Origin: a virus
Taxonomy: Duplodnaviria > Heunggongvirae > Uroviricota > Caudoviricetes
Direction: 5' to 3' (one strand)
IMG/VR virus record: IMGVR_UViG_3300032322_001781
Length of the DNA: 64,000 bases
The notes below the pieces were generated by a model, which saw only the letters and a list, made by a program, of their open reading frames with translations, was not told the DNA's origin and did not search any database. This document shows positions 21,294 to 31,550 of the stretch, piece by piece. The stretch's first letter is position 1. Every line of letters begins with the position of its first letter. The position numbers and the translations under genes are program-made.

Positions 21294-21758
21294 GTGATGA
21301 ATAATAAACACAAAAATTTTTTAGCCTATATAAATAAACCTATGAGCAAGGAAAGCATCATGATGGTTTATGACGCAAACAACGTAAAGTTTGAGCGTTG
21401 TGAATTATATAATGATTTCATTCAGTCTCTTTTAAGGATATTATTCGAAACATATATGGGTGATGAAATTACAGATTCGGTTGATAAATTAAAACATTTT
21501 AATTGGTGTTGGGATAAAAACATAAACAATTTTAAAAATGAGGGTTTTTTATTTGAAAACCAAAAATTATATGAATATTTTTTAGAATACTCGATACAAG
21601 TTTTCTATTCTGTTGAAAAAAATATTGATTATAGTGATAAAAATAGTTTAATATTTTGGAATGAGTTGTTTGACTATAGTAAAAATAAAACAAACTCTGA
21701 AATTGACACGTTTATTGAAATTTATAAAATTATTGAAAAAGCACAAAAAACACTATAA
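21294..21758 (+). CDS. Hypothetical protein
   Basis: 154 aa ORF. Confidence 0.6.
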   Translation: MMNNKHKNFLAYINKPMSKESIMMVYDANNVKFERCELYNDFIQSLLRILFETYMGDEITDSVDKLKHFNWCWDKNINNFKNEGFLFENQKLYEYFLEYSIQVFYSVEKNIDYSDKNSLIFWNELFDYSKNKTNSEIDTFIEIYKIIEKAQKTL

Positions 21759-21807
21759 AAATAAGGTTTACTATTTATTTTATTATTTATCGACTTATAA
21801 TTGTTTT

Positions 21808-22041
21808 ATGAACACTGAAAGAATATTTAGAATGGTAATGACTGATTTGACCTTGGAACGGCTAAAATTAGAGGAAGATTTAGAAAGAACTGTTAATTCC
21901 GATTTAGAATCGGACTTTAAATTACAACAAATTAAATCTATGGTTAGTAGAATTGCTATAGTTGATGCTAGTTTAGCGCAATTCTCATCAATGATGAATA
22001 ATAACATAACTAAAAACGAAACAGAAAATGGAAAAGTTTAA
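21808..22041 (+). CDS. Hypothetical protein
   Basis: Likely start MNTERIF. Confidence 0.5.
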   Translation: MNTERIFRMVMTDLTLERLKLEEDLERTVNSDLESDFKLQQIKSMVSRIAIVDASLAQFSSMMNNNITKNETENGKV

Positions 22042-22204
22042 TGAATTAAAAACATTGATTGCTAGCATGGAAGAAGATGCTGCAAAATTCTTTAACAAAG
22101 ACAACAAAGCGGCTGGTGTAAGACTTAGAAAAGGATTGCAAGACGTTAAAGCTTTATCTCAAGCAATTAGGGTTGAAGTATCTGACAAAAATAAAAAGGA
22201 TTAA
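22028..22204 (+). CDS. Histone H1-like (Hc1-family) small DNA-binding protein
   Basis: 58 aa, not in the ORF track: MEKFNELK...KDNKAAGVRLRKGLQDVK, with the N-K-A-A-G-x-R-x-R-K motif. Confidence 0.7.
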   Translation: MEKFNELKTLIASMEEDAAKFFNKDNKAAGVRLRKGLQDVKALSQAIRVEVSDKNKKD

Positions 22205-22208
22205 TAAT

Positions 22209-22421
22209 ATGCTTTTAGAAATTGTCAACAGAATATTGATAGTGCTATTTTTTATGTCTTGTTTGATAACAATTAGACATGGTTACTTCTTTATTCAAGC
22301 AATAATAACATCAAGCAGTGAGGAACCAATAAAATACAGGCTATCATCAACATCATTATTTTTTTTATGTGTTTCGATTGCTTATATTTTGTCCGTAATC
22401 TTTACTGGGATAACAATATAA
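22209..22421 (+). CDS. Small two-TM membrane protein
   Basis: Two hydrophobic stretches. Confidence 0.55.
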   Translation: MLLEIVNRILIVLFFMSCLITIRHGYFFIQAIITSSSEEPIKYRLSSTSLFFLCVSIAYILSVIFTGITI

Positions 22422-22425
22422 CTGA

Positions 22426-23151
22426 ATGTCAAACATACAAAAGACTTTAGATGCGCTACAACCATATGTGATAGGCATCAGATATTTAGAAGGTACCGCA
22501 GTAGTAGATGCTGTATTTAAAGAAGGTTGGACAGTTCTAGACGACCCTAATATAAAAAAAATAAAAGGTAACGAAGAACTTAATTATTTCATGTTTTATA
22601 GTGAGGCTCCAAATATTGGATTAGATGAACTTCTTAACTATGTTGATAGAATAATAAAAGCTAATCAAGAAAGAGAGAAAAAACATGAGCTTTTACGTGA
22701 AAAAGTAAATGAACTAAAAGAGCTATTCAAAAAGAATTCACTACATAAATTAACAAGGTTAAAATTTGTACTAGGTGAAGAAGATTTTGTACCAAAACTT
22801 GATGAGTTTGAAATTGATGATAATTTAGACGAAACGCCAATTATCGAACCAACTCCAATATCAAATGAAGAACCAAAAGTAAATAACGTATCTTATTTAG
22901 ATGAAAACGGTAACCCAATAGAACTAAGTGAAGAAGAAAGGGAATTACTAGAAGAAGAAGCTAGAGCTGAAAAAAATAGAAAAGCATTGGCTAGTAAAAA
23001 AAATACACCTGCCTCTAAAATAGCCGCTAAAATAGATTTACCTCCGAAGAAAAAAATAGAAATGGCTATCGCTAACAATGATTACGATTATGAATGTGAT
23101 TGTGGACCAGAAGAAGCCTGTTCTAAATGTATAGATAGCAAAGGTCTATAA
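22426..23151 (+). CDS. Hypothetical protein with C-terminal CxC...CxxC
   Basis: 241 aa ORF. Confidence 0.65.
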   Translation: MSNIQKTLDALQPYVIGIRYLEGTAVVDAVFKEGWTVLDDPNIKKIKGNEELNYFMFYSEAPNIGLDELLNYVDRIIKANQEREKKHELLREKVNELKELFKKNSLHKLTRLKFVLGEEDFVPKLDEFEIDDNLDETPIIEPTPISNEEPKVNNVSYLDENGNPIELSEEERELLEEEARAEKNRKALASKKNTPASKIAAKIDLPPKKKIEMAIANNDYDYECDCGPEEACSKCIDSKGL

Positions 23152-23175
23152 AAAAAAGTCCCGTTTGGGGTTTTT

Positions 23176-23514
23176 TTATTTTTGGTGATGTCTTTCAAAC
23201 GCCTCTTGTACCGTATGTATTAACCATACACCAGCTGCTGAAAGCAACCCATTTAAGAATACAATCAAATAAGGGTCTTCAACACCTATTGAACCTACTG
23301 GTGTTAAGTGCCCATAACCAAACTGAAGCATTATGGCACTAATTGCAAAACCCATCCAAGTACCTAAACACATAAAGCATGTGAATAGTTTATGCAAACT
23401 ATAGCCACTTGTACCTAGTTTTGATAGAGTATTTCTCCATCCTTCAAATATAGAACCGTAAATCATATTGTTACAAGCTCCATAACAAATTAAAATAAAA
23501 ATAATTGTTTCCAT
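23176..23514 (-). CDS. Membrane protein (DUF1360-like)
   Basis: LFTCFMCLGTW motif between TM helices. Confidence 0.55.
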   Translation of the reverse strand: METIIFILICYGACNNMIYGSIFEGWRNTLSKLGTSGYSLHKLFTCFMCLGTWMGFAISAIMLQFGYGHLTPVGSIGVEDPYLIVFLNGLLSAAGVWLIHTVQEAFERHHQK

Positions 23515-23568
23515 GTCTTTTAATTACAATAATACGATTTATAGACGAAATAGTCAATATTTATAGTT

Positions 23569-23982
23569 ATGAAAAGATTTATAAAAAAAATACTTAGAGA
23601 AACCGTAATGAAAAATAACGCTGTTGGAGTTTTAATAAAATGTGAAACAACAGACAAAATATTTCTTATGTTAAGAAATGATAAAATACCAACTTGGTCT
23701 TTGGTTTCTGGTGGTTTGGAAATAGGTGAGAAACCCATAGAATGTTTAAAAAGAGAAATCATAGAAGAACTATCAATAAACCCAAACTCAATCAATTACA
23801 AAAAAATTGGTGTTGAAGAAATTGCAGATAAAAATCTAACTTTTCACTATTACGAAGGCTTGACTTCCAAAGAATTTACACCTAAATTAGACCATGAAAA
23901 TTTAGAATGGGGGTGGTTTGATAAAAAAAACTTACCATCACCATTATATAGAGGAATGAAAGAAAAAATAATAAACATATGA
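23569..23982 (+). CDS. Nudix hydrolase with KKILRE leader
   Basis: Nudix box GGLEIGEKPIECLKREIIEE. Confidence 0.85.
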   Translation: MKRFIKKILRETVMKNNAVGVLIKCETTDKIFLMLRNDKIPTWSLVSGGLEIGEKPIECLKREIIEELSINPNSINYKKIGVEEIADKNLTFHYYEGLTSKEFTPKLDHENLEWGWFDKKNLPSPLYRGMKEKIINI

Positions 23983-24194
23983 AAGACGCATTATCTAGAG
24001 AAGTTGAACTTGTTGAAAAACAAAAAATAAATGACAAATATGTTACGGCTTTAAAAAAAGCTCAGTTTGCAAACGAAATCAAAAGTGGGTTAGGTGTAAA
24101 GATAAAAGAAAACCCAAATGGGGTTAAATTAATAAAAAAATCATGGGGACAAAAATTATCTTCATGGTTTAAAAACATTTTTACAAAGTTTTAA
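23979..24194 (+). CDS. Hypothetical protein
   Basis: 71 aa ORF. Confidence 0.5.
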   Translation: MKDALSREVELVEKQKINDKYVTALKKAQFANEIKSGLGVKIKENPNGVKLIKKSWGQKLSSWFKNIFTKF

Positions 24195-24195
24195 T

Positions 24196-24420
24196 ATGAC
24201 ATACGAACAATTAATAGAAACTATATCATTAATAGTTGAGACCGAAAAGATACAAAAAATTGGTTTAACTCTTAATTATGAATTAGATGAAAAACAGCAT
24301 TTGATTCTAAATGAAGACATATACAAAAGAACAAATCCATATTCAACCAACTTTACACCAACAGATGAGTTTGAAGTTATGATAGCAGGTATTTTAATAA
24401 AATTTACAAAAAGAAAATAA
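24196..24420 (+). CDS. Hypothetical protein
   Basis: 74 aa ORF. Confidence 0.5.
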   Translation: MTYEQLIETISLIVETEKIQKIGLTLNYELDEKQHLILNEDIYKRTNPYSTNFTPTDEFEVMIAGILIKFTKRK

Positions 24421-24466
24421 TAAAAATTTTGTAATATCAAAAAAAAGTTATACCTTTGCAATTGTT

Positions 24467-24967
24467 ATGAAAAATTTAGGATTTATATTTTTACTAAGCG
24501 TTATCTTGGTGTCTTGTTCAAAAGAAGATATGACACCTGGTAGTTATAAACCATCACAACCACCACCTCAAGACACAACCAGTTGGCAATCAACATATGA
24601 AGATGCTGGAACGATTCCTAATTGGGGTAGTGGGTCACAAACAAATGAGTTGGTTGGTACAACATGGGTTTTGACAAATTTACAAATAGGTTTGACAACA
24701 CAACCATTACCTATTGACACTATCAGGTTTGTAAACAACATATATTACACGATTAATAGTGGTTCGGTTAGAACATATCAGTTGTCATCTGGTGTTGCGA
24801 CTAGTAGTAAATCACTTACACTAAATTTTCACTATCCTTTTGGAAGTGGAAATTACAAAGGGGAGGTTTCACCAACGTTTGTTTCGGATGGTGTAATATA
24901 TAACTGTGAGTTTTATAATACAAACACTAGTACGATGATGGTTAGAGCTTCTTTCATCAAACTTTAA
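24467..24967 (+). CDS. Predicted lipoprotein
   Basis: Bacteroidota-style lipobox ILVSC-SKED. Confidence 0.65.
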   Translation: MKNLGFIFLLSVILVSCSKEDMTPGSYKPSQPPPQDTTSWQSTYEDAGTIPNWGSGSQTNELVGTTWVLTNLQIGLTTQPLPIDTIRFVNNIYYTINSGSVRTYQLSSGVATSSKSLTLNFHYPFGSGNYKGEVSPTFVSDGVIYNCEFYNTNTSTMMVRASFIKL

Positions 24968-25052
24968 ATTTTTTTTTAAAAATACTTGACACGAAAAGTA
25001 ATTTTTAGTACCTTTGCAAAAATTAATCAGAAAAACTTTTAAATAAATTATT

Positions 25053-25544
25053 ATGAGTAAACTTTTAGCTGCTATGCAAACAAACGATGTTCTTACTTTA
25101 AACGGTATGCCTACAAATTCATCAAGTCTTAATCATTGCGTTAACCTATTTTTCCAAATAGGTGCGTTGAGAGGACAAGATAAGGTTCGGCTTATTAATG
25201 CTTTTACAAAAGCTTTTGGTGAGAATCCGTTGACAGCTATGAAACTTTTGTTTTGGGCTCGTGACGTTCGTGGTGGTGCTGGAGAAAGACAAATATTTAG
25301 AGATATTGTTGAATATCTTGCTAAAAACCGTAAGGATAGTTTATCAAAAAACCTTCACTTGATTTCAGAATTCGGTAGATGGGATGACCTTTTGGTTTTG
25401 GTTGGAACACCTCTAGAAAAAGAGGCTCTTGACCTTATCGCTAAAGGTTTGGCTGATAAAACAAAAGCTGAACAAGTTTTAAAAAACCTTGATTCGCTAA
25501 CTGAAGATGAATGTGCTAAATTAATTACTGAGTTTTCGATTTAA
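25053..25544 (+). CDS. DUF2828/Ro60(TROVE)-like protein, N-terminal fragment
   Basis: TLNG, ARDVRGGAGER and FGRWDDLL motifs; ends in a non-homologous tail of about 27 aa. Confidence 0.75.
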   Translation: MSKLLAAMQTNDVLTLNGMPTNSSSLNHCVNLFFQIGALRGQDKVRLINAFTKAFGENPLTAMKLLFWARDVRGGAGERQIFRDIVEYLAKNRKDSLSKNLHLISEFGRWDDLLVLVGTPLEKEALDLIAKGLADKTKAEQVLKNLDSLTEDECAKLITEFSI

Positions 25545-26247
25545 AATTATTAAAGTTATTAGAATTTAGTTGTGTTAAATAAGATTTTCTAGTAACTTCT
25601 GAACGTTCTTTTAAAATATATGGGTTAATATTAGGGTTTAATTTACAATTATCCCCATGAAATCTTTTAAAGTTTCCACCATCACATTGTTTATCACAAT
25701 GTTCACATGTTATTTTTGGTGTTAATTTTCTAGCTTCAATAATTCGTTCTTTTCTTATTTCACTACATGGACCAGAAGGTTTAATTTTTTTACCTTTATT
25801 TTTAGATGGTAGTCCTTTTCTAACTTTAGAGAAGTTCTGTCGGTGTTTATCGGTAAAACCTCTAACCCATCCACTTGGTATAGGTAATTTTTCATCATGA
25901 TAAGTTTCCATTCCTAAGTCATTATGGATAGTTATTAGACCTTTTCTAGAGTAGTTTGGCATGTTGTTAGCCTTATTGATAAACTTACCATTTACAGCTG
26001 CGTTAACCCTTGTTAAAACTGCTTTTTCATGGTTAACGGCATCAGTTTTATTGTTAAATGTTTTAGTTACCTTAATAATAAATGAATCAACACCATATTC
26101 TTTAATCAGTTTATTTATGTGTTTAGATGATGTAAAGTATGATACAAACAAATCAGTAGGGTGACAACCTTTAGCCCATCTAACACCATAGTAATATTGG
26201 TTAGTTGGTTTGAAAATTAGTTTGTAAGTGTAAGGTATTGTTTCCAT
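25525..26247 (-). mobile_element. Free-standing GIY-YIG (Seg-like) homing endonuclease
   Basis: YTY...YYYG N-terminus, NUMOD3-like basic motifs, C-terminal CxxC...H..C; flanked by a 9-bp direct repeat ATGTGCTAA (25511-25519, 26254-26262). Confidence 0.75.
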
Positions 26248-26316
26248 ATCAGTATGTGCTAAGTGGATGCGTTATTTATTAATAAATATGTTTGTTTAAT
26301 TAAAAAGATAAAATAA

Positions 26317-26535
26317 ATGAGAAATAAAAAAATTAAATACCGAATAAAACCAATAAATTGGTTTTATAGATTAATTGCCTATTTTGGTATATTCAAGCAT
26401 GAAACTGGATATTATCACCAATATGGGTATTCTGGTAATCAAAAAGACGATAATCCAGATATAATAATAGTTGAAAAAGAAGACGGTTCGGTTATTACCA
26501 TACCAAATAATAAAAAAACATATAAATTAATATAA
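26317..26535 (+). CDS. Hypothetical protein inside the split gene
   Basis: 72 aa ORF after the palindromic TATTTATTAATAAATA at 26274-26289. Confidence 0.5.
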   Translation: MRNKKIKYRIKPINWFYRLIAYFGIFKHETGYYHQYGYSGNQKDDNPDIIIVEKEDGSVITIPNNKKTYKLI

Positions 26536-26537
26536 TT

Positions 26538-27614
26538 ATGACAAATAAATTAAAATTGAAATCATTATTGAATGAAAAAATAATGACTGGTTCTTTGGTG
26601 GCTAAATGGATGCCACGTCCAAATGTGTCAAATCGTCAAAAGAAAATATGGGCTGCTGCTGTTAGACAACACATGGGTTTGTCTCCAAAAGAGTACCGTA
26701 AGTTGCTTGTTGAAAACTCTAACACCGTTGAGCAATTGATGTGTGCTAATGAGTGGTCAGCTATTCAATATTCTAAACTGCCTTCTAAGGCTATGAGTGA
26801 CTTGATGAAAGCGTTCACAAAACACGATAAAGAAAGGTTTGCTGCTTACTTGGAGAGCGTGAACAAAGGTGAAGCTAAAATTAACGCTGGTGCCGTATAT
26901 CCATACGACATTGTTAAAAACTTAAGATTTGGTGACAAATCTGGAGCTAACACACAGTGGAATGCTCTTCCAAATTACCTTGAGGGTAATAAAGAAAGAT
27001 TCTTGCCAGTAGTTGACGTATCTGGTTCTATGTCATGTCCAGCTGGGAATAATCCTAACGTTACATGTATGGATGTTGCAATCTCATTGGGTTTATATAT
27101 TTCTGAACGTAATGTTGGCCCTTTCAAGGATGCGTTTGTTACTTTCTCAAACAACCCTAAACTGCAAATCCTTAACGGTAATTTGCAAGAAAGATTCAGT
27201 CAGTTGTCAAGGGCTGAATGGGATATGTCAACCAACGTTGAGGCTGTGTTCAATTTGATACTTCAAAAAGCTAAATCTTCTAACGTACCTGCGGAAGAAA
27301 TGCCAACAATGATTCTGATTATGTCAGACATGGAGTTCAATTCTGGAACACGTGGAAACTTTGGGCTTTCTGCTCAGCAAATGTTTGAAAAGATGTATGC
27401 TGAAGCTGGGTATAACATGCCTAAAATTGTTTACTGGAACATTCAAGCCAAAAGCGATAACTTCCCAGTTCACTTTGATAAAAATGGTGTTGCATTGGTA
27501 TCTGGTTTTAGCCCATCTTTGCTTACTAACCTGTTAGGTGGTAAAGACTTAACTCCAATGTCTATGATGTTGGAAGTTATTAACTCAGAACGTTACTCTG
27601 TTATAACAGTTTAA
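26538..27614 (+). CDS. DUF2828/Ro60-like protein, C-terminal fragment with vWA domain
   Basis: LVAKWMPR, GAVYPYD, MIDAS DVSGSM and ILIMSDMEF motifs. Confidence 0.8.
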   Translation: MTNKLKLKSLLNEKIMTGSLVAKWMPRPNVSNRQKKIWAAAVRQHMGLSPKEYRKLLVENSNTVEQLMCANEWSAIQYSKLPSKAMSDLMKAFTKHDKERFAAYLESVNKGEAKINAGAVYPYDIVKNLRFGDKSGANTQWNALPNYLEGNKERFLPVVDVSGSMSCPAGNNPNVTCMDVAISLGLYISERNVGPFKDAFVTFSNNPKLQILNGNLQERFSQLSRAEWDMSTNVEAVFNLILQKAKSSNVPAEEMPTMILIMSDMEFNSGTRGNFGLSAQQMFEKMYAEAGYNMPKIVYWNIQAKSDNFPVHFDKNGVALVSGFSPSLLTNLLGGKDLTPMSMMLEVINSERYSVITV

Positions 27615-27660
27615 TATTAAAGGGGTTTGATTCACTATGTGGTTCAACCCCTTTTTTCAT

Positions 27661-27812
27661 ATGTGTTCATAATAAAAGTGTATTCTGCAAAAAGAAAACC
27701 ACAATTATAAATGTTCAACTATCAATGTAGGAACCGCTTCCTCTATTTTTTAAAGCGGTAAACTTCAAAACAGGGTTAGAAGTAAAAACCCCAACACTTT
27801 GATTGAACACAT
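27661..27812 (+). ncRNA. Candidate structured ncRNA (helix + TTCTGCAA family)
   Basis: Closing helices ATGTGTTCA/TGAACACAT and AAAGTGT/ACACTTT; bracketed by terminator hairpins near 27620-27656 and 27815-27838. Confidence 0.55.
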
Positions 27813-27881
27813 AAAACCCCATTATGGGGTTTTTTTATTTTTAACTATTTACACTTAATTTTAAAATGGTTAAATTTGTAA

Positions 27882-28136
27882 ATGAAAAAAATAATAGTAA
27901 AAGAAATTGACAGACTTAATAGCACTGTTTTTAAAGAAAAACAAATTTCAGAATATTTAATTTATCTAATGTTAGATGATATAAAATTAAATGCTTATAC
28001 TGAAATTGGTTCCGATGCTAAAAAAGAGAGGGTAAATGAACTATTGCTTACCCATTTTATAACAGAACAAAATAACAAAATATCCATTGAAGACATTATA
28101 CAAGAAATGTCATTGGAAGAAATCAAAAAAAATTAA
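27882..28136 (+). CDS. Hypothetical protein
   Basis: 84 aa ORF. Confidence 0.5.
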   Translation: MKKIIVKEIDRLNSTVFKEKQISEYLIYLMLDDIKLNAYTEIGSDAKKERVNELLLTHFITEQNNKISIEDIIQEMSLEEIKKN

Positions 28137-28138
28137 AT

Positions 28139-28489
28139 ATGGAAAATAATTATCCTTTGGTTTTGGTGTTTTATTTAGATGCCGAACTTATGAAAAACCC
28201 ACAAATTATAAAACCATTTGCTGAATCTATTGATAAAATGTTAGCATTTAAAAAAGCAAATGCTTTAGCTTTCTTTTTACCAACAATTGGTGAAGAACGT
28301 GTAGAATGCATCAACCCAATTATGGTAAAAGAGACTGATATGGAAAAAATAAACAAATTAATTGAAGATATTAAACAAAATTTCTCAATCGGTGTTGATA
28401 TGGAAATCGATATTGACGAAACTAGTATAGATGAACAAAAACCATGTGATTGTGGTAATAACCCAAACGGAAACTGTAAATGTGATTAA
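28139..28489 (+). CDS. Hypothetical protein
   Basis: 116 aa ORF with Cys-rich tail. Confidence 0.6.
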   Translation: MENNYPLVLVFYLDAELMKNPQIIKPFAESIDKMLAFKKANALAFFLPTIGEERVECINPIMVKETDMEKINKLIEDIKQNFSIGVDMEIDIDETSIDEQKPCDCGNNPNGNCKCD

Positions 28490-28490
28490 T

Positions 28491-28679
28491 ATGACCAACC
28501 AAGAAAAAGCAATTATATATGACAATTGCACCAGAGAAAGTGATAAATTGTTAAGAGAGATATCCAAGTATAAATCAGAATATGCTACTAGTATCCCGCC
28601 ACATATTGAAAAAGAGATAAAAATAAGAGAAGCTAGAATAGCTGTTCTAGTTGGTAGATTAGAAAGTCTTTTTAAATAA
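28491..28679 (+). CDS. Hypothetical protein
   Basis: Likely start MTNQEK. Confidence 0.5.
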   Translation: MTNQEKAIIYDNCTRESDKLLREISKYKSEYATSIPPHIEKEIKIREARIAVLVGRLESLFK

Positions 28680-28682
28680 TTA

Positions 28683-29360
28683 ATGAATAAATTTGATATT
28701 TTAAAGTTTTTAGGTAGAAATTATAAAATTGAGAATGATTCTTTTTTTGATGTTTCTTTAGATAAAAAAGTTTATGGTTCTGATATATTGGAACATTTAA
28801 ACATAATTTTTTCTAACGATGAAAACACAAATAAAGAATTAATAAAAGAGTGGGCGTTAAAAACTATAACGTTAGAATGTTTTGAAAATAATTGGGAATT
28901 CAAGAGACTAATTCCAGAGATTGGACGATATGAACTAAAAAAAATGAATAGATTTTTAATTACTTTTCCAGATTATTTTAATATTCCGCAATGGGTTGTT
29001 TTTGAACTGGATAGACCATCAGCTAGATTAATAACAAAGGACATTTTAGGGGTTAATTTGTTTAAAAAATTAGTTTGGGATGATATGATAATAAAAATGA
29101 GGGACCCAATTGGTCCTTCAACATCACAGTCTTTTATGGATTTAGTTCATAAGAACTTCTATCACAAAGAACGAATTATTAAAAATAAATTCAACATGAA
29201 ATTAGAGATGTTGGACCCAGTGGGTGAGGTTGTTGAAAGATGGGATTTATCTGACTGTGAAATAAAATCTATTAATTTTGGTCAGTTATCTTATCAAATA
29301 GATGACCCAGTTGTTATTACTTTGGTTATTAAACTTGGTAGTGTAATTCTTGAGTTTTAA
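28683..29360 (+). CDS. Protein with C-terminal tail-tube (gp19-like) domain
   Basis: LEMLDPVGEVVERWDL..C....FGQLSY motif. Confidence 0.55.
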   Translation: MNKFDILKFLGRNYKIENDSFFDVSLDKKVYGSDILEHLNIIFSNDENTNKELIKEWALKTITLECFENNWEFKRLIPEIGRYELKKMNRFLITFPDYFNIPQWVVFELDRPSARLITKDILGVNLFKKLVWDDMIIKMRDPIGPSTSQSFMDLVHKNFYHKERIIKNKFNMKLEMLDPVGEVVERWDLSDCEIKSINFGQLSYQIDDPVVITLVIKLGSVILEF

Positions 29361-30013
29361 GGTCTTGTGCTTCTTCTTCTAATTTTGGTATAAGGCCATT
29401 TGGTATTATCATGGATTAGGTCATACATTCTACCAATATTTGCTTTGCTGGCTGTACCCATAAACATAAGACTTTTAATTTTTTGTTTTTTTGCTATTCT
29501 TGCTAGTGTATGGTGTAACCTTTGAGCGTCTTCCATATTTTTGCATAAAACCATATCAAATTGGTCTTCATTGTAAATAATTAATTTATTATACACTACA
29601 ATAATTTGCTTTACCATTTTTTTAGAATGAGCACCAGTAACTAATCTTTTAACGACTTCTTTTATCGTAGGTCTTTCTAATTTAGGGTTAAACCTGTACA
29701 TCCAAAATGATTCCTCAATTTCATAACTATCAGAATGCAATATTGTCCAATCACCTAAAGGCGATTCTGTATATGTTCTACCAAAATCATCCCTAAGAAT
29801 CCTAAAAACATCAGATTCTTCTGTTGGTTTGGTTACACATATTTCGTATTTAACAGGTTTTATGCCTTTTGTGTTAATAAATTTTTGTGGAAACATAACT
29901 TTGTTTTCATCTTTTATTCTATGAAAATTAATAAATGCAGTTTCCCTAGTTTTACACCTATGTAAAGTTTTTTTATAAACACCATTTGCTGTTAAAACAA
30001 CTCTATAATTCAC
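29357..30013 (-). CDS. Hypothetical protein
   Basis: 218 aa ORF. Confidence 0.65.
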   Translation of the reverse strand: MNYRVVLTANGVYKKTLHRCKTRETAFINFHRIKDENKVMFPQKFINTKGIKPVKYEICVTKPTEESDVFRILRDDFGRTYTESPLGDWTILHSDSYEIEESFWMYRFNPKLERPTIKEVVKRLVTGAHSKKMVKQIIVVYNKLIIYNEDQFDMVLCKNMEDAQRLHHTLARIAKKQKIKSLMFMGTASKANIGRMYDLIHDNTKWPYTKIRRRSTRP

Positions 30014-30071
30014 AATATTATTTGGTTTTTACAATAAATTTAAGTACTTTTGTGGAAAAATAAAGACTGAC

Positions 30072-31046
30072 ATGTCAAAAAAAAATTATTATGAAATATT
30101 AGGGGTCTCAAAAGAATCTTCTTCTGATGATATTAAAAAAGCGTATAGAAATCTTGCCAAACTTTATCATCCAGATAAAAACCCAAATAACTCAGAAGCT
30201 GAAGAAAATTTTAAACAAGTATCAGAAGCTTATGAAACATTATCAGACCCTGAAAAGAAAAATAGGTATGATAATGCCGAACGTTTTTCTGGTTTTGGTT
30301 TTAATAATACAGGCCGACAAAGACCTATTAGAGTAGGGGAGAGTATTAAACTAAACGTAAAACTTACGTTGGAAGAAATATTTTCTGGTGTTAAAAAAAC
30401 ATATAAATTTAAAAGAAATGATATTTGTTCGTCATGCGATGGTCATGGCGGTACCGATATTATTACCTGTTCAACTTGTAACGGTAGTGGGATTTTGGTT
30501 CAAACCTTTAATACACCCATTGGTTATATTAGACAAGCAATTGAATGTCCAGATTGTAACGGCTCTGGCCAAACATATAAAAATAAATGCGATGTTTGTA
30601 ATGGTGATGGTGTTAACTTAGTTGATGAAACAGTAGAAATAAATGTTCCTTATGGTGTTTTAGATGGTGCTACCTTTATAATGGGTGGAAAAGGACATGC
30701 GATTAAAAGTGGTAGGCATGGTGATTTATACATCATTATAAATGAATTACCACACCATAAATTCATTAGAGATGGTAACAACTTAAAAATAAAGTTAAAT
30801 CTTAGTTACCCACAATTAGTTTTGGGTGATAAAGTTGAAGTTGAAACTATTGATGGTAGCAGAATCAGGGTCAATATACCAGAATTTAGTCAAGTGGATA
30901 CTAATTTAAAGGTTATTGGTAAAGGAATGGCTGAATTTAAAGGTAGTAATCGGGGTGATATGATAATAACGCTGGGTGTAAACATTCCAAAAAAAATTGA
31001 TGATGAAACAAGAGATGTTCTAGAAAAATTAAAAACAAAATTTTAA
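30072..31046 (+). CDS. dnaJ: DnaJ chaperone
   Basis: J-domain HPD and four CxxCxGxG repeats. Confidence 0.95.
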   Translation: MSKKNYYEILGVSKESSSDDIKKAYRNLAKLYHPDKNPNNSEAEENFKQVSEAYETLSDPEKKNRYDNAERFSGFGFNNTGRQRPIRVGESIKLNVKLTLEEIFSGVKKTYKFKRNDICSSCDGHGGTDIITCSTCNGSGILVQTFNTPIGYIRQAIECPDCNGSGQTYKNKCDVCNGDGVNLVDETVEINVPYGVLDGATFIMGGKGHAIKSGRHGDLYIIINELPHHKFIRDGNNLKIKLNLSYPQLVLGDKVEVETIDGSRIRVNIPEFSQVDTNLKVIGKGMAEFKGSNRGDMIITLGVNIPKKIDDETRDVLEKLKTKF

Positions 31047-31115
31047 ACATTACTTGCAGGTTCAGTAATTAATTAGTAGTTTTGCGATAATAACAATAAA
31101 AACAAAACTAAAATT

Positions 31116-31550
31116 ATGGCTAAATACGAAGAACCATTTGAAGACACTCAAACACTGTTTAACGAAGTTATTGAAGCTACTGGGTTAAACAACTACATTA
31201 ACATTACTGTTCTTACAAACAACAAATCAAAAGATATTTTTAAAGTTAATAAATCAAACGAACTTCTTAAATATAGAACTGGAGATGATGTTATCATTGT
31301 TTTGAATGAAAATATATTTGAAAAGTTACATGATGAACAAAAAAGAATTGTTGTTGAAGAAGCTATAGCTTATATTTCTTTCGACACAGAAAAAGACAAA
31401 TTGGTTATAACACAACCTGATTTTATGGCTCATAGTGGTATTTTACGTAAACATACTTTTACGACTATTGAAGTCGTTAGAGAATCAATTAAAACTCTTT
31501 TTCAATCTGAAAAACAAGCTGAAGACGAAACTGAAGCTATTGCAAACTAA
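31116..31550 (+). CDS. Hypothetical protein (phage metallopeptidase-like fold?)
   Basis: 144 aa ORF. Confidence 0.55.
   Translation: MAKYEEPFEDTQTLFNEVIEATGLNNYINITVLTNNKSKDIFKVNKSNELLKYRTGDDVIIVLNENIFEKLHDEQKRIVVEEAIAYISFDTEKDKLVITQPDFMAHSGILRKHTFTTIEVVRESIKTLFQSEKQAEDETEAIAN

Noticed and set aside
25450-26600. Group I intron or intein in the DUF2828 gene
   Set aside because: The interval is filled by ORFs, including one antisense, with no recognisable P7 core. The fragments lack intein C/S start and HN end motifs.
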